Shown piece after piece: positions 1 to 7,916 of a stretch of 61,473 nucleotides of DNA. Each line of letters opens with the position of its first letter. The first letter of the stretch is position 1. The stretch lies in contig JAQWBU010000001.1 of NCBI GenBank assembly GCA_028706195.1, forward strand, positions 1-61,473, read 5' to 3'. The translations under genes were made by a program, and so were the position numbers. The notes below the pieces were generated by a model. It saw nothing but the letters and a program-made list of their open reading frames with translations. It ran no database searches and had not been told where the DNA came from. This stretch comes from Eubacteriales bacterium (lineage in GTDB: Bacteria > Bacillota > Clostridia > Saccharofermentanales > DTU023).

Positions 1-933
1 ATTTGCGGTACAGATCTCCATATTTACAATTGGGATGAATGGTCCCGGAAGAATATCAAGCCGCCGCTTGTGATCGGACACGAATATGTGGGGCGTGTAG
101 TCGAGGTCGGATCCATGGTGTCTACGATCGAAGTAGGTGATCTGGTTTCCGGAGAGGGTCACATAGTCTGCGGTGTTTGCCGCAACTGTCGCGCAGGCCG
201 CCGTGTACTTTGCCCTAATACAAAGGGTGTAGGCGTCAACCGCGACGGTGCCTTTGCGGAATATATAGTAATTCCGGAACAAAACGTTGTCAAAATCCTG
301 GACGGAGTTCCGGAGGACATTGTGGCGCTTTTTGATCCCTTTGGTAATGCCGTTCACACCGCCCTCATGTTCCCACTGGTCGGTGAAGACGTTTTAGTTA
401 CTGGTGCGGGACCGATTGGGATCATGGCAGCTGCAGTGGCGCGTTTTTGCGGAGCCAGAAATGTTGTCCTGACAGACATAATGACGGAACGACTTGAACT
501 GGCGCATAAAGTTGTTCCGGATATTCGGACTGTCAACACAACTCAGGAGGATTTACGGGATTTGATGCCTGAACTCAAGATGACTGAAGGTTTTGATATC
601 GGTCTGGAGATGTCAGGTTCCGCATCTGCGTTGAATGAAATGATTGATACCATGATCACGGGCGGGAAGATCGCCATGTTGGGTTTTCAAAAAGCAGGAA
701 CGACTGTTGACTGGAATAAAGTTGTTATGGGCAGTTTGACATTGCGCGGTATTTATGGGCGTGACATGTTTGAGACCTGGTACAAGATGATGGCTTTGGT
801 GCAGGCAGGTCTGGATCTGTCTCCTATCATCACACATCGCTTTGATTTCCGTGATTATGAAAAAGGTTTTACCGCCATGAACAGCGGCAAGTCCGGCAAG
901 GTTCTGCTTGATTGGACCAGTGCGAGAGATTAA
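1..933 (+). CDS. tdh: L-threonine 3-dehydrogenase, 5'-truncated by the window edge
   Basis: Frame 1 is open from nt 1 ([31 protein letters not shown]...). Zn-MDR motifs [12 protein letters not shown] and [12 protein letters not shown] are present, with Rossmann motif [13 protein letters not shown] at 931-933. kbl follows directly (classical tdh/kbl pair). Confidence 0.9.
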   Translation: MCGTDLHIYNWDEWSRKNIKPPLVIGHEYVGRVVEVGSMVSTIEVGDLVSGEGHIVCGVCRNCRAGRRVLCPNTKGVGVNRDGAFAEYIVIPEQNVVKILDGVPEDIVALFDPFGNAVHTALMFPLVGEDVLVTGAGPIGIMAAAVARFCGARNVVLTDIMTERLELAHKVVPDIRTVNTTQEDLRDLMPELKMTEGFDIGLEMSGSASALNEMIDTMITGGKIAMLGFQKAGTTVDWNKVVMGSLTLRGIYGRDMFETWYKMMALVQAGLDLSPIITHRFDFRDYEKGFTAMNSGKSGKVLLDWTSARD

Positions 934-969
934 GCAAAGAATGGATAATGGATAGTGAAAGGAATTGAT

Positions 970-2157
970 ATGAAAAAAGGATTGAAAATCATTCAGGATA
1001 ATTTGCAGGGACTGAAGGAATCCGGCCTATATAGTGAGGAACGTGTCTTAACCGTACCTCAGGGCAGTGTGATCGATACAACTGAAACCAATGGTGTCAT
1101 CAACATGTGCGCCAATAATTATCTTGGCTTGGCTAATAATCCGGAACTAATAGAAGCGGCCAAAAAGAGCTATGACCGCTGGGGATACGGGCTGTCATCA
1201 GTGCGCTTTATCTGCGGTACCCAGACACAGCACAAGGATCTGGAAGCAGAGCTGGCGAAATTTTTCGGTTTTGAAGACGCTATTCTCTATTCCTCCTGTT
1301 TTGATGCCAATGGGGGCCTCTTTGAAACACTATTGACTGAAGAAGATGCGATAATTTCCGACGAACTCAACCATGCCAGCATCATTGACGGCGTCAGACT
1401 GTCAAAAGCTAAACGTTATCGCTATAACAATAATGATATGGCACATCTGGAACAATGTCTGAAAGATGCAGATGCAGATGGCGCCCGCATTAAGATGATC
1501 GCAACGGATGGAGTCTTCTCCATGGATGGTATCATCGCGGACCTCAAATCAATCTGTGACCTGGCGGACCATTACGATGCTCTGGTGATGGTTGATGACT
1601 CTCATGCCTCCGGTTTTGTGGGCAAGAGTGGCAAGGGCACTCCTGAATTTTGTGATGTTATGGGGCGGGTCGATATCATGACCAGCACTCTGGGCAAAGC
1701 TATGGGCGGGGCTTCAGGTGGTTTTACTCTGGCAAATAAGGATATCGTTGCCTGGCTGAGACAAAAGAGTCGTCCTTACCTTTTCTCCAATACTTTGTCT
1801 CCTGCAATTGTTGCGAGCTCATTAAAGGTCATCGAGATGATTCAACGCGACAGCTATCTGATAGACCGCGTCAACGCCAATACACTTTACTTCCGCAAAA
1901 GAATTGAAGAACTGGGTCTGGATGTCATTCCGGGTACGCACCCCATTGTGCCTGTCATGGTTTATGATGCGAAGAAAGCCCTGGAAGTTGCGGACTTCAT
2001 GTTAAAGAAAGGCGTCTACGTTGTGGCCTTTAAGTTTCCGGTTGTGCCGCAGGGGCTGGCTCGCATTCGCTGCCAAATATCAGCCGCTCACAATAAAGAA
2101 GAGCTCGATACGGCTCTGGCGGCCTTTGCTGAAGCGAAGAAAGAATTTGATCTGTAA
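970..2157 (+). CDS. kbl: 2-amino-3-ketobutyrate CoA ligase (glycine C-acetyltransferase)
   Basis: Alpha-oxoamine synthase family pattern: [30 protein letters not shown]-Lys context [13 protein letters not shown] 970 is preferred over GTG 955 because AAAGGA lies 6 nt upstream of it. Confidence 0.92.
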   Translation: MKKGLKIIQDNLQGLKESGLYSEERVLTVPQGSVIDTTETNGVINMCANNYLGLANNPELIEAAKKSYDRWGYGLSSVRFICGTQTQHKDLEAELAKFFGFEDAILYSSCFDANGGLFETLLTEEDAIISDELNHASIIDGVRLSKAKRYRYNNNDMAHLEQCLKDADADGARIKMIATDGVFSMDGIIADLKSICDLADHYDALVMVDDSHASGFVGKSGKGTPEFCDVMGRVDIMTSTLGKAMGGASGGFTLANKDIVAWLRQKSRPYLFSNTLSPAIVASSLKVIEMIQRDSYLIDRVNANTLYFRKRIEELGLDVIPGTHPIVPVMVYDAKKALEVADFMLKKGVYVVAFKFPVVPQGLARIRCQISAAHNKEELDTALAAFAEAKKEFDL

Positions 2158-2180
2158 TTAATTAATAATTCAGTCAAAGA

Positions 2181-2215
2181 AAAAGCTCCAGGCCAAGTTA
2201 GGACTGGAGCTTTTT
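2181..2215. terminator. Bidirectional intrinsic terminator between kbl and the convergent rubrerythrin gene
   Basis: Hairpin AAAAGCTCCAG (2181-2191) / CTGGAGCTTTT (2204-2214), with A-run and T-run flanks. Confidence 0.7.
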
Positions 2216-2233
2216 ATTCGAAAAAATACTAAA

Positions 2234-3220
2234 CTAGTACTCGATAAATTTTTCTCCGGGAGCGTTACAAATCCAGCATTTGTCCGGTCTTGTTTTCTCG
2301 ATGTTTCCGCAGACAGGGCAGAGATAGTAGTTTATCTCTTCCTCTTCCTTATCCAGATTGTCCAAAGCTTCCTGATATAGGCCGGCGTGTACTTCTTCAG
2401 CTTTCATTGCATACGTGAAGGTCAGCGCTGCCGCTTTGTTGCCTTCGGCTTCAGCCTGCTCGACGTAAGGCGGGTACATGCTGGTGTATTCAAAGGTTTC
2501 ACCCTCTACACCGTCTTTCAGGTTCTCAGCGGTGGTACCGACTTTTCCTGCCACTTCAAAATGCTTGAGAGCGTGGATGGTTTCAGCATCGGCTGCTGCC
2601 CGGAAGAGTTTGGCAGCATTGACATAACCATCTTTGGCAGCTTTTTTAGCATAAGCTGTGTACTTTCTGTTTGCTTCAGACTCACCAGTAAAGGCGGCCA
2701 TCAGATTATCAAGTGTTGTTGATTTTTCATCCATCGATTTTTCCTCCTGATATTTTTCGTATTTTTCTAATAACATTTCTACTGTCTGGCTCGGGAAACC
2801 TTCAGGCTGGGGCTTGTCTAATAAAGATTGAAGAAATTGTTTTGTGTTATCCGACTGGGGCAGTAGGTAGCCTGACTCACGCAAGAGTTCTTCCGCCATA
2901 ATGTGGTTTGATTTTTCGATCGCGACTGCCAGTTTACCGCTCAGACCGGAAGCTATACGTTCCTGCTCGGATTTGCTGCGCGTCAATTTGCGCATGGATT
3001 GCACTACATCATCTTCAACTTCCTGCTGATCAGGATAGAATTCAGGTACCATGCTGATTGCGCCTGACGGACATGCATCCGCGCAATCGCCACAGCCGAT
3101 GCACTTGTCTACATCTATGATGCTGTTTTCTGTATCTGTTGCGCCGGAGGGGCAAACATAAAGACATAAGCAGTCTTTGGTACAGAGTCTGATGTTTCTT
3201 ACTGCGTATTTTCTAGCCAT
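2234..3220 (-). CDS. Ferredoxin-domain / rubrerythrin fusion protein
   Basis: The N-terminus has CTKDCLCLYVCP plus the canonical CIGCGDCADACP (4Fe-4S dicluster-like). A ~100-aa linker follows. The rubrerythrin core shows AAFTGESEANRKYTAYAKKAAKDGY..., DAETIHALKHF, GETFEYTSMYPPY and MKAEEVHAGLY. The C-terminus is a rubredoxin-like CPVCG...CWICN. Confidence 0.85.
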   Translation of the reverse strand: MARKYAVRNIRLCTKDCLCLYVCPSGATDTENSIIDVDKCIGCGDCADACPSGAISMVPEFYPDQQEVEDDVVQSMRKLTRSKSEQERIASGLSGKLAVAIEKSNHIMAEELLRESGYLLPQSDNTKQFLQSLLDKPQPEGFPSQTVEMLLEKYEKYQEEKSMDEKSTTLDNLMAAFTGESEANRKYTAYAKKAAKDGYVNAAKLFRAAADAETIHALKHFEVAGKVGTTAENLKDGVEGETFEYTSMYPPYVEQAEAEGNKAAALTFTYAMKAEEVHAGLYQEALDNLDKEEEEINYYLCPVCGNIEKTRPDKCWICNAPGEKFIEY

Positions 3221-3224
3221 TGTT

Positions 3225-3869
3225 CTACCTCGCCTCTACCATTTCAAATTTCCAATTGGGTACTTTGCAGACCGGACAGACTTCAGGCAGTTGGTCGCCA
3301 ATATAGATGAAGCCGCAAATAGTGCAGACATATACATCTTTGTCTTCAACGAGTGATTCGCCTTCTTTTTCATAACGGTTGAGCAGAGATTTGACGATAC
3401 GGCTGACTTTTTCGGTCCAGACGAGTGCGCGCAAAGCTCCTCTGTCTTCAGCTTCTCCAGCTACTGCATTAGCTCTGGGAAAGTCTTCGTTCAAATCAGT
3501 TTCCAACAGATCGAGCATTTTACTATAGGCCGGATCTTCTGCCGGAGCTGTCACTTTCTTGAAGTAGCTGGCCAGTTCTCTGAACCCTTCAGCTTCCATA
3601 GCCATGTACTGTTTCTCCAGACCTTGCGCCAGATTGGAACAAAGGGCGCTCATTTCCAACGAAGTTAAGTTTCCCTGATCTTCCTTGAACTCGACAGGGT
3701 CTTTGCTTTCGCTAACGGGTTTTACATCTGAAGGAGCTTCCTCAAGAAGTTCAAATTCTGATTTAGCTGCGCCACAGAGGGGACATTCCCAGCTCTCAGG
3801 CAAGTCCTCCCATGGCCCATCCGAACCATCGTAGATGTAACCGCAGACGGTACATACATATTTTGCCAT
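3225..3869 (-). CDS. Rubredoxin / degenerate rubrerythrin-like helical core / rubredoxin-like protein
   Basis: The N-terminal rubredoxin is [12 protein letters not shown]...WECPLCGA. The C-terminus is [31 protein letters not shown], like the rubrerythrin C-domain. The middle ~130 aa resemble rubrerythrin helices ([27 protein letters not shown]). ATG 3869 is chosen because GGAGG (complement of 3877-3881) lies 7 nt upstream; the ATG at 3875 is too close to it. Confidence 0.7.
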   Translation of the reverse strand: MAKYVCTVCGYIYDGSDGPWEDLPESWECPLCGAAKSEFELLEEAPSDVKPVSESKDPVEFKEDQGNLTSLEMSALCSNLAQGLEKQYMAMEAEGFRELASYFKKVTAPAEDPAYSKMLDLLETDLNEDFPRANAVAGEAEDRGALRALVWTEKVSRIVKSLLNRYEKEGESLVEDKDVYVCTICGFIYIGDQLPEVCPVCKVPNWKFEMVEAR

Positions 3870-3886
3870 TAACATACCTCCTTTAT

Positions 3887-4324
3887 TTATTTATCAGAGC
3901 TATCTTGATCCGAGTCCAAACATTCCGGACAAAGTCCTCTGAAATATACATCTCTTTCTTTTATCTCGAAATCAGCGAGGTCAGTTGATTTAATCTCTTC
4001 CACATCTAAAGTGAAGTCGTAAATTTTCTTACAGGATGTGCATTTGAAATGCCCATGGTTTTTGCTGGTGATTTCATAGTGATTCTCGTTGTCTTCTATC
4101 GTCAAAACATTGACCAGACCAACTTCTTCCAGCATATTCAATGTATTGTAAACTGTAGCCTTGGACAGACTTGGCAGGTCTTTTTGCAGATTAATATAGA
4201 TGTCATCCACACTGGGATGGGTTTTATTTTGGACGAGGTATTCCAGAACTTTCAATCTTTGATGTGAGAGTCTAATATTTTTCTCTTGTAGTATTTTTTT
4301 AAAGTCTTCGATTGTTTTTGTCAT
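3887..4324 (-). CDS. perR: Fur-family transcriptional regulator, PerR-like
   Basis: Winged-helix motif [12 protein letters not shown]...HPSVDDIY...[18 protein letters not shown]. Metal sites [11 protein letters not shown] and GLCPEC. A perfect Per box lies in its own promoter and rubrerythrin-type genes follow downstream. Confidence 0.8.
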   Translation of the reverse strand: MTKTIEDFKKILQEKNIRLSHQRLKVLEYLVQNKTHPSVDDIYINLQKDLPSLSKATVYNTLNMLEEVGLVNVLTIEDNENHYEITSKNHGHFKCTSCKKIYDFTLDVEEIKSTDLADFEIKERDVYFRGLCPECLDSDQDSSDK

Positions 4325-4359
4325 ATCAGTGTGAACCTACAAATGTATTGATTCTTAAT

Positions 4360-4396
4360 TTATAATCATTATAATTTAATATATATTAGCTGATAA
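4360..4396 (-). promoter_or_regulatory. perR-operon promoter with an overlapping Per box
   Basis: TTATAATCATTATAA at 4360-4374 matches the Bacillus PerR-box 7-1-7 consensus TTATAATNATTATAA exactly. On the minus strand, -35 TTATCA (4391-4396), a 17-nt spacer and -10 TATAAT (4368-4373) place the -10 inside the box. Confidence 0.7.
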
Positions 4397-4545
4397 AATA
4401 GATCAAGCATTAAATTTAATTGGAAGGGAAGAGGAGATGTGCCTTTTCCACAGTGTCACCTCTTACAGCAAAGAAATGCATGGGATTTCTTTTTGAAACA
4501 GGTATGTAGTCAGCGAAATCTGTAAATTTCTCGTACAATGAAATC

Positions 4546-5529
4546 ATGCATGGCAGTATAAGCAATAAGAAAAAACAGGACCTGAGGGCAAAAGATCTTG
4601 CGCATAAAATACACCGGGAAATGTACGATATTTATCGCGGTTACAAGTACGTTCCCATGGGTGAGGCCAGCTCACTGATGATTCCGGTGACTGTCGGCTG
4701 TGATTACTCCAGATGCAAGTTCTGTGACTTAAATCATGATTTGCCTTTCCGGATTGTGGAGCCTGACAAGTTGGAAAAGATATTAAGCCTGCAGTCAGAA
4801 TTCTACACTCTGCGTGAACGCAAGCCGAAACGAGCGGTTCTTTTGCACGCCAACCCCTTTGCACTCTCCGGCAAAAGATTACTTGAAATAAGTGCACTAG
4901 TGAGGCGCTACCTGCCTTTTGTTGAGAATTTTGGCTGTTTCAGCCGTGTTGATGCTGTGTTGGCAAAAGGTCAGGATGAACTTAGACAATTGAAAGCTGC
5001 AGGCTTTGATTCGTTAACTTTAGGTATAGAATCCGGCTCAGACAAGGTTTTGAGCTTACAGGATAAAGGTGTTACTGTCGCGAAAACACGCACAGCTTTA
5101 GAAAAACTTCGGCAAGCCGGTATCCGGTATTCCTTCTACATTGTACTCGGACTTGGCGGCGAGGATTTGAGTGCGGAACATCAGGAAGAAACAGCAAAAC
5201 TGATAAACAGCTCACAGCCAGAGGAAGTGTTTTTCCTGAGCCTGGTCATGTTCAAGAATGCTGTTCTTGTGAAGGAACTGCGAGCCGGGAACTTTAAGCG
5301 CATGCGACCTCTGGACTGCATGCAGGAAGCCGCGTCTATTATTGAAAAAATTAAGATCCCCCTCATTGTTAACGGCAGCCATAAGAACAATATATTCTCC
5401 TTCAAAGGCAGACTTCCGGAACAAAAAGAACTATTGCTGGAAAAGCTGTATGCAGAAATCGCAGCATACAGTGAGAACGAAGCCTTCAAGCGTGATGTCC
5501 GGCGATGGAAGTACTGGCCTAATGAGTAG
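4546..5529 (+). CDS. Radical SAM domain protein (function unknown)
   Basis: Cys triad GCDYSRCKFCDL, then GIESGSDKVL and a TIM-barrel-like alternation typical of radical SAM enzymes. There is no SD before ATG 4546. TACAAT (4534-4539) ends 6 nt upstream of the ATG (intervening nt 4540-4545), so the start and leader are uncertain. Confidence 0.7.
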   Translation: MHGSISNKKKQDLRAKDLAHKIHREMYDIYRGYKYVPMGEASSLMIPVTVGCDYSRCKFCDLNHDLPFRIVEPDKLEKILSLQSEFYTLRERKPKRAVLLHANPFALSGKRLLEISALVRRYLPFVENFGCFSRVDAVLAKGQDELRQLKAAGFDSLTLGIESGSDKVLSLQDKGVTVAKTRTALEKLRQAGIRYSFYIVLGLGGEDLSAEHQEETAKLINSSQPEEVFFLSLVMFKNAVLVKELRAGNFKRMRPLDCMQEAASIIEKIKIPLIVNGSHKNNIFSFKGRLPEQKELLLEKLYAEIAAYSENEAFKRDVRRWKYWPNE

Positions 5530-5640
5530 GACTAGACAATAACGTGCTTTATCGCCAACCTTGACAGCTATTGTTGAAAAAAATAGAAATTAATTAATCC
5601 ATCATAGATTATCTTTTTGAAGAGCTTGGAAAATCAGCTT

Positions 5641-5958
5641 ATGAAAGGAATATCTATGTTGAAGCAAAGTAATAAAAACAAAATTAAACTGATTATTTTG
5701 GTCTTACTTTTGATACCTGTTCTTCTCTTAAGTTATTCCCGTAACGAAATAAATCAAGATAGATACATAATAATTGACCGCATTGAGGGAGGTTTTGCTG
5801 TCTGTGAAACTGAAAGCAGGATATTTTTTAACATGCCACTATTCTTGCTTCCAGAGGGAGCAAGAGATGGTTCCGTTTTCAATCTGATGTTGGACTTAGA
5901 GCATGAATATGAAATTAGAGCTAGGATCAGAAAGAAAATGAATAATTTGTACAATTAA
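5641..5958 (+). CDS. DUF3006-like small protein with an N-terminal transmembrane helix
   Basis: C-terminal IIIDRIEGGFAVCETESRIFFNMPLFLLPEGARDGSVFNL matches the DUF3006 pattern (IDRiEgdfAVcE...lP.gakeG). A hydrophobic IKLIILVLLLIPVLLL segment lies at the N-terminus. Alternative starts are TTG 5617 and ATG 5656. Confidence 0.55.
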   Translation: MKGISMLKQSNKNKIKLIILVLLLIPVLLLSYSRNEINQDRYIIIDRIEGGFAVCETESRIFFNMPLFLLPEGARDGSVFNLMLDLEHEYEIRARIRKKMNNLYN

Positions 5959-6143
5959 TAAGTTAAAACACTAAATTTAATTATCTTTATGTCATATTAA
6001 CTGATAGAATTACAGATGACGAGCGTTTATGAAGAGTTAGCACATAATTCTAGAATTATCCCACCTATCAGTTTTAGTGATCATTAGCTGACTTTTCACT
6101 TGTAAATTAAATTATTATTTATATCATTTAGTGAGGAATACTT

Positions 6144-7265
6144 ATGTTTTTACCTAAAAGTAGAGTTAGCAAAGCACAAGCAAAAATATTGCTTGCAGTC
6201 GTACTTATTGCTTTACTAATTCTTGGAGGATGTCAAGGCTTTATTGATGGTTTTTCCGAAGGAGATTCAAAAACTTTTGAAACAAAGCCTGATGCTCGAA
6301 ATATTGGTGAAATACCATCTGGTACTGATACGGAATTAGTTACCTCGGAATCAGACGGAAAAAATACAGCAACAAACACATCTTTTGCTCCGGAAATAGA
6401 AGCACCAACTATAGAAGAATCCAAGAGCAACACTTCAAAAACTCCAAGCAGGAAAACTTTAAGCAAAAATCCCGCTAATACTCAGGTTATTACTGGCCAG
6501 AATACTTCAGAGCAAAACAACTCAAATACCTCTAATAGCAATTTATCTGCAGATTTGGGAGTCCATTTTATTGATGTGGGACAAGGTGACGCTATATTCA
6601 TTGAGCTAGCTAATGGTCAGACAATGCTGATTGATGCTGGTGAAAGAAATAGTGGAGATCAAGTAGTTAGTTACATAAAATTACTTGGCTACAATAAAAT
6701 TGACTATGTCATCGCAACACATCCACACTCTGATCATATTGGCGGTATGACAACAGTGATTAACAAGCTGAATATTGGTAAATTCTATATGCCTGATATA
6801 GAGCATACAACCAAAACATTCGAAAGTATGATTGACGCTTTGATCTCAAATGATGTTGATGTTTATCGAGCCGCAGCAGGAGTTGATATTTTAAAAGATA
6901 ATGGACTTCACGCGAGATTCCTATCACCGGCGTCCTCTTATGGCAGCAATTTGAATAATTGGTCGGCAGTCGTGAAGCTGGATTTCGGTCAGAACTCTTT
7001 CCTATTTATGGGTGATGCTGAGAGTCAGGTTGAAAATAGCTTGTCAAATGTAAAAGCAGATGTACTTAAAGTCGGTCATCATGGTTCAGATACATCATGC
7101 GGATCGACTTTTCTTAATAAAGTCGCACCGAAAATATCAGTAATTTCTGTTGGCAACAACAGCTACGGTCACCCAACTCAAAGCACAATAAATAAATTGA
7201 CCTCTATCGGTTGCCAAGTTTATCGTACTGATTTGTCAGGAACTATTATAGTGACATCTGACTGA
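6144..7265 (+). CDS. Lipoprotein, ComEC/Rec2-type metallo-beta-lactamase-fold hydrolase (ends at an in-frame TGA)
   Basis: Signal peptide plus lipobox LILGGC. S/T/N-rich linker. MBL motifs HFIDVGQGDAIFI, ATHPHSDHIGG, FMGDAE and VGHHGSD. TGA at 7263-7265. Confidence 0.8.
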   Translation: MFLPKSRVSKAQAKILLAVVLIALLILGGCQGFIDGFSEGDSKTFETKPDARNIGEIPSGTDTELVTSESDGKNTATNTSFAPEIEAPTIEESKSNTSKTPSRKTLSKNPANTQVITGQNTSEQNNSNTSNSNLSADLGVHFIDVGQGDAIFIELANGQTMLIDAGERNSGDQVVSYIKLLGYNKIDYVIATHPHSDHIGGMTTVINKLNIGKFYMPDIEHTTKTFESMIDALISNDVDVYRAAAGVDILKDNGLHARFLSPASSYGSNLNNWSAVVKLDFGQNSFLFMGDAESQVENSLSNVKADVLKVGHHGSDTSCGSTFLNKVAPKISVISVGNNSYGHPTQSTINKLTSIGCQVYRTDLSGTIIVTSD

Positions 7266-7625
7266 TCAAACTTTAGTGTTAATAAAAATCCTAATTCTGC
7301 ACCGGTAGTTACGACAGAGTCTAAGGCTGAGAAGTCCTCAACTTCATCAACGAAACAACCAGCTGCATCAAGCTCCAGTAAAAGCGAAGCTACAATTACT
7401 ACAACAACTACATCAACTGCAACAACCACAACAACAACAACTACTACTACTACGAAGGAAACTGATGCTCCAGTTGTAGCAGATGGGTCTATCGTATATA
7501 TAACTAAGACCGGAACGAAATACCATACAGGAAGTTGCAAGCATCTTAGTGAAAGCAAAATTGAGATCAGCAAGTCTGATGCAATTGCACGAGGATTTGA
7601 ACCATGCAAAGTGTGTAAACCATAA
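7266..7625 (+). other. Start-less in-frame continuation of the MBL ORF: Ser/Thr linker plus a Cys/His module
   Basis: The frame is the same as 6144..7265 and stays open for 119 sense codons to TAA 7623-7625. It contains no ATG, GTG or TTG in frame. It ends in VYITKTGTKYHTGSCKHLSESKIEISKSDAIARGFEPCKVCKP. The next gene's SD and ATG follow directly. Confidence 0.6.
7392..7454 (+). repeat. Imperfect ACN (Thr-codon) trinucleotide repeat tract
   Basis: aca att act aca aca act aca tca act gca aca acc (aca)x4 (act)x4 acg, which encodes TITTTTTSTATTTTTTTTTTT. Confidence 0.85.
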
Positions 7626-7644
7626 TAAACAAGGAGGGTCACAT

Positions 7645-7845
7645 ATGATAGTTACAATTGATCGGATCGAAAGTAAATTTGCTGTTTGCGAAATGGAAGA
7701 TGGATCTTTTGAAAATTTACCTAAAGCGTTTCTTCCACCTAAAGCAAAAGAAGGATCCAAACTTAAGATCGAGTTGGATTTAAAAAGTGAAGCAGAAGAC
7801 AGAAAAAGAATTAAAGGCAAGATGGACGGTTTGTTTAAAGGATAA
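7645..7845 (+). CDS. DUF3006-like small protein (soluble paralogue of 5641..5958)
   Basis: MIVTIDRIESKFAVCEMEDGSFENLPKAFLPPKAKEGSKLKIELD. AAGGAGGG at 7631-7638 lies 6 nt before ATG 7645. The longer track ORF from 7549 is in a different reading frame from the MBL continuation (7266..7625), overlaps its 3' end, and is not credible upstream of 7645. Confidence 0.6.
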   Translation: MIVTIDRIESKFAVCEMEDGSFENLPKAFLPPKAKEGSKLKIELDLKSEAEDRKRIKGKMDGLFKG

Positions 7846-7871
7846 TTATTTTTGAACAAACATCTAAACAA

Positions 7872-7912
7872 AAATCCCCCGCGAATTTGCAGACGCTCTT
7901 CACGGGGGATTT
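7872..7912. terminator. Hairpin between the DUF3006 gene and the convergent tRNA-Lys
   Basis: AAATCCCCCG (7872-7881) / CGGGGGATTT (7903-7912), a 10-bp stem. The 21-nt loop is large, so efficiency is uncertain. Confidence 0.5.
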
Positions 7913-7916
7913 CCTC

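Noticed and set aside
4437-4496. 19-codon ORF (MCLFHSVTSYSKEMHGISF) with an AT-rich hairpin at its end, in the perR / radical-SAM intergenic region. It could be a leader peptide or attenuator.
   Set aside because: The purine-rich GAGGAG abuts the ATG with no spacer. The peptide has no recognisable features and the hairpin is weak (A/T only). I cannot support it from sequence alone.
5599-5610. CCATCATAGATT as a possible att-type direct repeat of the tRNA-Lys 3' region (CCATCAGGGATT, 7924-7935) bounding the low-GC cassette.
   Set aside because: Only 10 of 12 nt match, the matching tRNA segment is internal rather than at the extreme 3' end, and no integrase is present. The match is too weak to call an island boundary.
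7263-7265. Selenocysteine insertion at the in-frame TGA of the MBL gene.
   Set aside because: No stable SECIS-like hairpin follows the codon, and the downstream sequence is AT-rich (tcaaactttagtgttaataaaaatcc). The local context (TSD-x-SNF) fits a Gly rather than a redox-active Cys/Sec position.
7220-7871. Minus-strand ORFs 7220..7642 (poly-Val) and 7413..7871 (poly-Cys/Ser).
   Set aside because: They are antisense read-outs of the ACN Thr-codon repeat and of the DUF3006 gene. They are low-complexity, have no SD, and overlap better-supported + strand coding.
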